IMG/VR virus record: IMGVR_UViG_3300033518_000398
Location: 1 to 64,000 of that record
Strand: one strand, 5' to 3'
DNA: 64,000 nt
Origin: a virus
Lineage: Duplodnaviria; Caudoviricetes
Shown here: positions 57,438 to 64,000 of the stretch, piece after piece
How the letters are laid out: each line of letters starts with the position of its first letter
How positions within the stretch are numbered: the stretch's first letter is position 1
The notes under the pieces: generated by a model
The model's database searches: none
Told to the model about the DNA's origin: nothing
The model's input: only the letters and a program-made list of their open reading frames with translations
Made by a program: the position numbers and the translations under genes

Positions 57438-57666
57438 GTGGAAATATTTTATAGTTATAATGATTTACCTATAAATACAAGAAAATTTCGAATTAGAATT
57501 AAAATTAAATAACAAATTATTTTCAATCAATTTTTCGTAAAATTCTATGACACATCAACTTAAAAAATATTAAATAATTCTTCCTAAAATAATTTAAATC
57601 ACTTGTATTTATTCGGACGATTCAATATATTTGCAAACATAAATTTATAAAAAATTACTATTCACT

Positions 57667-60600
57667 ATGGCACAAAAAACCCTAAAAACCTACACAAAAC
57701 AAGAAGTTGAAAAAGCAACATTAAACTATTTTAAAGGAGATGGATTAGCTACCGATGTATGGATGAAAAAATATTGTTTAAAGGATGAAAACAATTATTA
57801 CGAACTCACTCCTGATGATATGCATAAAAGAATTGCAAGTGAACTTGCAAGAATAGAAGCTAAATATCCAAACCCACTTACCGAAGAACAAATTTTTGAA
57901 ACATTGAAAAATTTTAAGAGAATTGTACCACAAGGAAGTCCGATGTCAGGAATTGGAAATAATTTTCAGGTAGTATCTATTGGTAATTGTTTTGTTATTG
58001 GAAATTATGGTGATGGTGATTCTTATGGTGGAATATTGAATATCGACCAAGAACAGGTTCAATTAATGAAACGCAGGGGTGGCGTTGGACATGATTTATC
58101 ACATATTCGTCCAGCAGGTAGTCCAGTAAAAAATAGTGCAATTAGTAGTACAGGTATCGTACCCTTTATGGAAAGATATTCAAACAGTACCAGAGAGGTT
58201 GCACAAGACGGTAGACGTGGAGCACTTATGCTCAGTGTGTCGATTAAACATCCAGATTCTGAAGCATTTATTGATGCCAAACTTGAATCTGGTAAGGTAA
58301 CAGGTGCTAATGTTTCAGTTAAAATCACCGATGAATTCATGAAAGCAGTAATGAATAATAATATGTTTCAACAGCAATATCCAATAGATAGTGATAACCC
58401 TAAATATGTTAAAAGCATTGACGCTCAAAAACTTTGGAAGAAAATTGTATATAATGCATGGAAATCAGCCGAACCCGGTATCTTGTTTTGGGATAAAATA
58501 ATTGGTGAATCAATACCTTCTTGTTATGGTAAGGAATGGATTGAAAGAAGTACTAATCCATGTGTTAGTGAAGATACATTAGTATTAACACATCATGGTT
58601 ATTATGAAATTAGTGAGTTAGTAGATAAGCCAACATTTGTTTGGAATGGTATGAATTTCTCCGAAGTTACGCCAACAATTACTGGTTATAATCAGAAAAT
58701 GTTAAAAGTTATCTTTAGTGATGGTTCTGAATTGAAATGTACACCATATCATGGATTTTATACTTGGGAAGGTTTTGAACGTGATGGAAAATCAATAAAA
58801 AAGGAAGCTAAAGATTTAATCGTTGGAGATAAACTCGAAAAACATGAATTTCCAACACTTTTTGACCATCAAGTTTTTCATGTCGATAAAACTTTTTATA
58901 CGTTAGGATTTTTTGCTGGTGATGGTTTTGTGAAAAGAGATAGCACAGCACATGTATCGTTATATGGTGCAAAGAAAAATCTTCTTGATAAATTAGATGT
59001 AATTGGTAATGTTTCTGAAGATATTGAAAATGATAAATTAACAATACGTGTTGACTTACCTGTAGATTATTTTGGAATTGATTTACATGAACTAAAAAAA
59101 TATGTTCCTAAACGTCATGATAATAATTCATCGGCAATGATGTCATGGTTGGCAGGTATTATAGATTCTGATGGATGTCGTAATTCAGAAGAAGGTTCAA
59201 TTTCAATATCATCAATAGATAAACAATTCTTAATGGATATTAAGTTACATCTTTTGAACGTAATGGGTGTCAGTGGTAGTGTAATTGATGAAAAAGAAGG
59301 TGGGTTACATGAAATTAAAGGCGTTAAATATGATTGTAATAAATCATATCGTTTAATAATTAGTGCATATAATGTTAAAAAACTTTATGATTTAGGTTTA
59401 CGTACCTATCGTGTTAAAATCGATGATGTTAATCCGAACCGTGATGCAAGTAGATTCATTACTGTGAAATCGATTGAGGAAATAGAAGATGCTGAAAAGG
59501 TTTATTGTTTTACTGAACCAGAAAGAGGTCGTGGATGTTTCAACGGTATTGTTACTGCGAATTGTGGCGAGTTACCACTCCCGCCATATGATAGCTGTAG
59601 ATTACTTGCAATTAATTTATTTGGTTATGTGAGAAATCCGTTTACCAAAGAAGCATATTTTGATATGGAAAGTTTTAAGGGCGATGTGATTATATCTATG
59701 CGATATATGGATGATATTATCGATTTAGAACTCGAAAAAATCGATAAAATATTAGAAAAAATCGAATCTGACCCAGAACCTGAAAATTTAAAAAGTGTAG
59801 AAAAAGAATTGTGGAATAATATTAGAAGAAAAGCTGAGTTAGGTCGTAGAACTGGACTTGGTGTTACAGGTGAAGGTGATATGATTGCTGCAATGGGACT
59901 ACGTTACGGTACTGATGATGCCACCGAATTTAGTGAAGAAGTTCATAAAACATTGAAATTAGAAGCATATCGCTCAAGTGTTATTATGGCTAAAGAACGT
60001 GGTGCATTTCCGATATACGATTGGGATAGAGAAAAATTCAATCCATTTATTCGTAGAATAATGGATGAGGATACTGAATTATATAATGAAATGGTAACTT
60101 TTGGTCGTAGAAACATTGCATTACTTACAATCGCACCGACTGGAACAGTTAGTATTATGACACAAACTACATCTGGAATTGAACCAGCATTCTTACCAGT
60201 ATATATGCGTAGGCGTAAGATTAATCCGCAGGAAAAGGACGTTCGAATTGATTTTATTGATGAAGAAGGTGTTGCTTGGATGGAATATCCAGTATTTCAC
60301 CATAAATTTGAAATGTGGTTAGGAATCAATGGCTACGATGTTGAAGTGGTGAAAACCATGAATAAGGAACAACTGGATGAAATTGTTAAAAAATCCCCAT
60401 TTTATAAAGCAACTTCCAATGACGTTGATTGGGTAAAAAAGGTTGAAATGCAAGGCAGGGTTCAAAGGCATGTTGACCATTCCATAAGCACAACTGTGAA
60501 CGTCCCTAATGATACAACAGAGGAACTTGTTGGTAAAGTATATGAAACGGGTTGGCGTAGTGGTTGTAAGGGTATTACTATTTATCGTGATGGTAGTCGT

Positions 60601-61236
60601 AGTGGTGTGTTGGTTAGTCAAAAAGAAGAAAAGAAAGTAGAAGAACTCCAAGACGTGCATGCACCAAAACGTCCCAAAAGATTAAAAGGTGAAATACATA
60701 GGTTTCAGAACAATCTGGAAAAATGGATAGCTGTTGTTGGTATGAAAGATGGTAGACCATATGAAATCTTTACTGGTGTTAATGCTAATGGTCTTAGTAA
60801 TTTACCAACAAACGTTAAAGACTGTGAAGTCGTTAAAAATATTATCGAAGTCGAAGTTCTTGATGATAACGATAAACCAATTAAAATAAAGAAAAAAAGA
60901 TATGATATTGAATATGTTGATGTTGATGGCATTAAACAAGTACACACTGGTTTAAATCATGCATTCAATCCAGAGTTCTGGAACTATGCCAAGTTAATCT
61001 CTGGTATAATGAGACATGGTATGCCAGTTCTTAAACAATACGAATTAATTGAGTCATTGAATTTTAAAGAAGACTATATTAATACGTGGAAAAATGGTGT
61101 GGCACGTGTAATTAAAAAATATATTAAGGATGGTGTTAAAAGCAAAGGAACGTGTCCTGAATGCGGTGGTACTGATTTTATTTTTCAAGAAGGATGTGTT
61201 AAATGTAGTAGTTGTTCTTGGACGAAATGTGGATAA
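57667..61236 (+). CDS. nrdJ: Class II (B12-dependent) ribonucleotide reductase with intein
   Basis: RRGGVG, RRGALM, AEPGILF, TNP/CGE, TIAPTGT, GITIYRDGSR, C-terminal CPECG..GC..C..C; promoter TATATTTG at 57626. Confidence 0.92.
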   Translation: MAQKTLKTYTKQEVEKATLNYFKGDGLATDVWMKKYCLKDENNYYELTPDDMHKRIASELARIEAKYPNPLTEEQIFETLKNFKRIVPQGSPMSGIGNNFQVVSIGNCFVIGNYGDGDSYGGILNIDQEQVQLMKRRGGVGHDLSHIRPAGSPVKNSAISSTGIVPFMERYSNSTREVAQDGRRGALMLSVSIKHPDSEAFIDAKLESGKVTGANVSVKITDEFMKAVMNNNMFQQQYPIDSDNPKYVKSIDAQKLWKKIVYNAWKSAEPGILFWDKIIGESIPSCYGKEWIERSTNPCVSEDTLVLTHHGYYEISELVDKPTFVWNGMNFSEVTPTITGYNQKMLKVIFSDGSELKCTPYHGFYTWEGFERDGKSIKKEAKDLIVGDKLEKHEFPTLFDHQVFHVDKTFYTLGFFAGDGFVKRDSTAHVSLYGAKKNLLDKLDVIGNVSEDIENDKLTIRVDLPVDYFGIDLHELKKYVPKRHDNNSSAMMSWLAGIIDSDGCRNSEEGSISISSIDKQFLMDIKLHLLNVMGVSGSVIDEKEGGLHEIKGVKYDCNKSYRLIISAYNVKKLYDLGLRTYRVKIDDVNPNRDASRFITVKSIEEIEDAEKVYCFTEPERGRGCFNGIVTANCGELPLPPYDSCRLLAINLFGYVRNPFTKEAYFDMESFKGDVIISMRYMDDIIDLELEKIDKILEKIESDPEPENLKSVEKELWNNIRRKAELGRRTGLGVTGEGDMIAAMGLRYGTDDATEFSEEVHKTLKLEAYRSSVIMAKERGAFPIYDWDREKFNPFIRRIMDEDTELYNEMVTFGRRNIALLTIAPTGTVSIMTQTTSGIEPAFLPVYMRRRKINPQEKDVRIDFIDEEGVAWMEYPVFHHKFEMWLGINGYDVEVVKTMNKEQLDEIVKKSPFYKATSNDVDWVKKVEMQGRVQRHVDHSISTTVNVPNDTTEELVGKVYETGWRSGCKGITIYRDGSRSGVLVSQKEEKKVEELQDVHAPKRPKRLKGEIHRFQNNLEKWIAVVGMKDGRPYEIFTGVNANGLSNLPTNVKDCEVVKNIIEVEVLDDNDKPIKIKKKRYDIEYVDVDGIKQVHTGLNHAFNPEFWNYAKLISGIMRHGMPVLKQYELIESLNFKEDYINTWKNGVARVIKKYIKDGVKSKGTCPECGGTDFIFQEGCVKCSSCSWTKCG
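58561..59562 (+). mobile_element. Intein (334 aa) with LAGLIDADG endonuclease in NrdJ
   Basis: CVSEDTL... to ...IVTAN then Cys+1; LGFFAGDG and LAGIIDSDG motifs. Confidence 0.92.
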
Positions 61237-61556
61237 TTGGGAAATTTTTAAAGTTTTGATGAAAATCAACTCACTGTGAATTTCGATGGTCAGGATTTGA
61301 ATATCACCTTCGCATTAGAAGAAAAAGAAGAAAAAATCTAAACTTCCGATAAAGGTTAGTAGTCAAATGATTTTTCATTTGGAAACCCATCATTTAATAT
61401 TTGATGGGTTTTTTTATAACAATAAATTAACGTTTGTTTATTTCCATTTACTTTTTTTCAAGTAATTATATTTGTCAGGTCGGAAAGTGCCTTAAATGTT
61501 CCAATAGAGGAAGAGCCTGATTCCTATTTTTTTCGTATTTATAATAAAAGATTATC

Positions 61557-61772
61557 ATGAAAAAGAAATTATTTATATTTTTACTATTATTAACATCTGT
61601 AATATTTACTAGTTGTGCTACTCAAGAATATGCTACAACATATAAAAAACAAAAAAGTCTTATGTTATTGGATAATACTAATTTAAGTGGAAATAATAAG
61701 TATTATCAACAAAAACATACTCGTTATAATAAGAGTAGTTATAACAAACATATAAAAAAATTTAAAAAATAA
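61557..61772 (+). CDS. Small lipoprotein
   Basis: Signal MKKKLFIFLLLLTSVIFTSC; late motif at 61535. Confidence 0.7.
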   Translation: MKKKLFIFLLLLTSVIFTSCATQEYATTYKKQKSLMLLDNTNLSGNNKYYQQKHTRYNKSSYNKHIKKFKK

Positions 61773-61782
61773 TTGAAAATAA

Positions 61783-61813
61783 TTTGGAATTATCAAAACT
61801 TTATTTACCTTTG
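61783..61813 (+). promoter_or_regulatory. Bacteroidota-type promoter for leader 4
   Basis: TTTG 61783-86, 19-nt spacer, TACCTTTG 61806-13. Confidence 0.8.
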
Positions 61814-61865
61814 CAAAGTATTTAGATGAAAGAGATTTCAAATTTAATCAAAACATATTAAAATA

Positions 61866-61994
61866 ATGAAAGCACAGGTATCCAATATTAATATTTCGTC
61901 AACGATTAATAGTCGTAATGGAAATGGTATATTCTGTTCAAGTTTTACAGGCAGAAATATAGCAGATACGGGTTCTGGTTTTCATGAGTCATAA
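61866..61994 (+). CDS. Attenuator leader peptide 4 (Ser/Asn/Ile/Gly/Cys sensor)
   Basis: MKAQVSNINISSTINSRNGNGIFCSSFTGRNIADTGSGFHES*. Confidence 0.8.
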   Translation: MKAQVSNINISSTINSRNGNGIFCSSFTGRNIADTGSGFHES

Positions 61995-62018
61995 ATAACT
62001 CATAAAAATATTAAAAAG

Positions 62019-62048
62019 AACCCGAATTCACAAGATTCGGGTTTTTTT
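62019..62048 (+). terminator. Attenuator 4 terminator
   Basis: AACCCGAA / TTCGGGTT + T-run; AGAACCCG complementary to CGGGTTCT at 61969-76. Confidence 0.85.
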
Positions 62049-62062
62049 GTTCTTTGAAATAT

Positions 62063-62746
62063 TTATAATAAAATTTTGGTGCGGATGATTTCATCGATAA
62101 TTGTGAAATATGTGTATGCCCTATCTATTTTAAAATTAATGAATTTTGATGTGTCTATAATACATAACTCAATTCCCTGTTCTAAACAGGCTTGAAATTT
62201 ACGGTTATCGTTATTTTGAATCTGGTTTAGTTTATCTTCACCATAAATTGGTTCATAATGAAAAACACCATTAAGTTCGAATGCAAGTTTAAGTTCTGGA
62301 ATATAAATATCAAGTTCAGAATTTATAGTAGTTTTATCATTGAAGAAAAAGTCAATGTTTGGATATTTTTTTATTAATTCAATGGCAATCCATTTTTCAA
62401 GTTTTGAAATTCGAGTACCTTTAGTCTTGTGTGTGTTATTATATGTAATAGAACAAGACCTTGAGCAGAAATTTTTTGTGGATTTAGAATTTTTTATTTC
62501 ATAATTCGTTTTAATAATTTCTTTTCCGCAATTACCACACATCACTATGTGTCTTTTAGTTAAAATTTGATATTGATGTGAACAATTTTGTGAACAAAAT
62601 TTTGCCGAATTTCTTTTACAATTAATTGCATACATAATTTGTCTTTTTGTTGTATGAAAAGGGTTACCACAAAATTCGCATTTACATTCAAATAAATCTG
62701 TTACTTTTCCAGATATTAATTTTTCATTTTCAAATAATGGTATCAT
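62063..62746 (-). CDS. Zn-finger + Vsr/DUF559-like endonuclease
   Basis: CEFC, CSQNC, CGNC, CSRSC; ELDIYIPELKLAFELNGVFHY; late motif at 62761. Confidence 0.7.
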   Translation of the reverse strand: MIPLFENEKLISGKVTDLFECKCEFCGNPFHTTKRQIMYAINCKRNSAKFCSQNCSHQYQILTKRHIVMCGNCGKEIIKTNYEIKNSKSTKNFCSRSCSITYNNTHKTKGTRISKLEKWIAIELIKKYPNIDFFFNDKTTINSELDIYIPELKLAFELNGVFHYEPIYGEDKLNQIQNNDNRKFQACLEQGIELCIIDTSKFINFKIDRAYTYFTIIDEIIRTKILL

Positions 62747-62893
62747 ACGTAAATTTTATTATAAATACTTTAAAAATTGAATTTCTATTCAGTTTTTAAA
62801 CTCAAAATAAAATATAACTCTTACTGGTTATAAACATCAAATATAGCCTCTACAGGTTATACCGTAAGACGTTCATTGACATGCTGGTTTTAT

Positions 62894-62974
62894 GAAGGGT
62901 TGCCTGAGTGGTCGAAAGGGACTGTCTGCAAAACAGTTAGGAAACTCACGTGGGTTCAAATCCCACACCCTTCT
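62894..62974 (+). tRNA. tRNA-Cys(GCA) with enlarged variable region
   Basis: ACTGT-CT GCA AA-ACAGT; U73; 12-nt variable region. Confidence 0.85.
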
Positions 62975-62982
62975 CAAACATT

Positions 62983-63100
62983 ATTTAGTAGTCGTATGCT
63001 ATAGGACACTCTGGGCGATTGGACACCAGAGTCAACAGAGATAGACAGACAAAAACGTAATGGGCATGCGTATCGTACAATCCGCAATGGCATGCTAAAT
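62983..63100 (+). ncRNA. Candidate structured ncRNA within the tRNA array
   Basis: Closing stem ATTTAGTA/TGCTAAAT; inner hairpin ACTCTGG/CCAGAGT. Confidence 0.45.
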
Positions 63101-63102
63101 AT

Positions 63103-63183
63103 TGTGACGTGGATGAATGGTTTAGTCACCACGCTGATACCGTGGGTCGCAAGACAACGTGGGTTCGAGTCCCACCGTCACAA
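63103..63183 (+). tRNA. tRNA-Ile(GAT) with long variable arm
   Basis: CCACG-CT GAT AC-CGTGG; variable arm GTC-GCAA-GAC. Confidence 0.85.
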
Positions 63184-63200
63184 CAAAGTGTTGCAACACT

Positions 63201-63289
63201 GAATGATTAGAATTTCGTAGCATAGTGGTAATGCTGCCCGCAAGAAAGGGTGAAGATTGGTTCGAGTCCAATCAAAATTTTAATCATTC
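63201..63289 (+). ncRNA. tRNA-like RNA with a 15-bp acceptor helix and non-canonical anticodon loop
   Basis: GAATGATTAGAATTT/AAATTTTAATCATTC; D-arm GCAT/ATGC; T-arm GATTGG-TTCGAGT-CCAATC. Confidence 0.55.
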
Positions 63290-63295
63290 GTTAAT

Positions 63296-63376
63296 GGATA
63301 GGTACTCAAACTGGTTAAGAGGATAGTCTTGAAAACTATTAGGTCGGTTAATCCCCGATGTGTGAGTTCGAACCTC
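63296..63376 (+). tRNA. tRNA-Ser(TGA)
   Basis: ATAGT-CT TGA AA-ACTAT; long variable arm; G73. Confidence 0.88.
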
Positions 63377-63442
63377 ACTCTATCCGCATTATATTATTCG
63401 ATTATTTAAAATATTTAGAACTATATTTAAATATTTTTTACT

Positions 63443-63514
63443 GCGAGTGTAGCACAACGGCTAGTGCGTCTGGCTTCCACCCAGAGGATGAGGTTTCGAC
63501 TACCTCTACTCGCT
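63443..63514 (+). tRNA. tRNA-Gly(TCC)
   Basis: TCTGG-CT TCC AC-CCAGA; U73. Confidence 0.88.
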
Positions 63515-63600
63515 CAACAATGTCTTCCACGCCTCTAAATTATGCGCATCTGGAAGGCTACTTGTAGAATCCAATCATAGTACTGTGATTGGATTCATAT

Positions 63601-63673
63601 AGTGATGTGGCGCAACGGTCAGCGCAGGACGCTTATATCGTCAAGGTTGTGGGTTCGAATCCCACCTTCGCTA
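63601..63673 (+). tRNA. tRNA-Ile(TAT)
   Basis: GACG-CT TAT AT-CGTC; canonical D and T arms. Confidence 0.85.
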
Positions 63674-63680
63674 CAAATAT

Positions 63681-63767
63681 GACTTCGTTGCTTTAGTTGG
63701 TCGAAAAGTCCAGACTGTTAATCTGGTGAACAATGTTCCATCGCAGGTTCGAATCCTGCCGAAGTCG
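63681..63767 (+). tRNA. tRNA-Asn(GTT) with long variable arm
   Basis: CCAGA-CT GTT AA-TCTGG; variable arm GAAC-AAT-GTTC; G73. Confidence 0.85.
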
Positions 63768-63771
63768 CAAT

Positions 63772-63846
63772 GCACCAGTAGCTCAGGGGTAGAGCGTTTG
63801 TCCGTTAAACAAAGGGTCGGGATTTCGAAATTCTCTTGGTGCGCCA
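63772..63846 (+). tRNA. tRNA-Asn(GTT), second copy, with C33
   Basis: TTTGT-CC GTT AA-ACAAA; encoded CCA. Confidence 0.78.
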
Positions 63847-63904
63847 AAAACGTTTGCAATTATAAAATAAATAATTATCTTTGTTTAAAATTAATTTTAT
63901 TATT

Positions 63905-64000
63905 ATGAGTGAAAATTGGAAATACGTTTTATTGGAATATACCTACACAACATATTGTCAAGGAAGTGCTGATAGGAATTTAGGACAGGCTTTAATTCAT
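63905..64000 (+). CDS. Partial ORF running off the window
   Basis: MSENWKYVLLEYT...; promoter TTTG 63853 / TATCTTTG 63876. Confidence 0.5.
   Translation, partial: MSENWKYVLLEYTYTTYCQGSADRNLGQALIH

Noticed and set aside
38244-62048. T-box riboswitches as the control elements of the tRNA arrays
   Set aside because: No T-box consensus (AAGGTGGTACC/GGGTGGAACC-like) before the terminators; translated leaders with codon runs explain the structure better.
1-64000. CRISPR array
   Set aside because: No repeat-spacer series. The tandem repeats found (62 bp, 30 bp, 18 bp, 49 bp) have no unique spacers, and most are coding.
1-64000. Stop-codon reassignment or suppressor tRNA
   Set aside because: Long genes are open in code 11; TAG (thyA, hub) and TGA end genes normally; no CTA, TTA or TCA anticodon found.
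1-64000. Reverse-transcriptase system (DGR or retron), integrase or transposon
   Set aside because: No RT, recombinase or transposase motifs. The TnsA-like ORF lacks Tn7 partners and has NUMOD3 repeats typical of homing endonucleases.

Overview
A 64-kb AT-rich segment of a large T4-like (myovirus/jumbo-type) phage. The host is inferred to be Bacteroidota, from TTTG-N18-22-TAnnTTTG promoters and A-rich start regions without Shine-Dalgarno sites. The left half holds thyA, a UvrD-like helicase and the head module: neck proteins, major capsid, scaffold, an intein-bearing prohead protease, portal, and a terminase large subunit broken by an atypically split intein. It also encodes a 1740-aa baseplate-hub-like protein ending in a GH25 lysozyme. 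The right half is accessory: about 17 tRNA genes in four arrays, several tRNA fragments, tmRNA, an Rnl1-like RNA ligase, a class II RNR with an intein, and several homing-type endonucleases. The main discovery is that each tRNA array is preceded by the same cassette, which the ORF track misses: host-type promoter, 24-42-codon leader ORF, perfect 8-bp antiterminator, intrinsic terminator, and a boxA-like element nearby. The codons enriched in each leader match the tRNAs encoded downstream (PQPQQHPQ -> Pro/His/Gln; YYLYKSYKK -> Tyr/Lys; S/N/I/G/C-rich -> Cys/Ile/Ser/Gly/Asn; L/D/E/W/M-rich -> Asp/Trp/Leu/Met). This looks like ribosome-stalling attenuation that turns on replacement tRNAs when those tRNAs become limiting. 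Other notable signals are a shared N-terminal 'SKQRLFEhM...LNE' leader on seven unrelated late proteins (candidate capsid-targeting peptide), a GTATTTAT late-promoter-like motif oriented opposite to the T4 late promoter, tRNAs with non-canonical variable arms, and a long tmRNA tag. All coordinates and counts were read by hand; no searches were run, so product names are motif-based.
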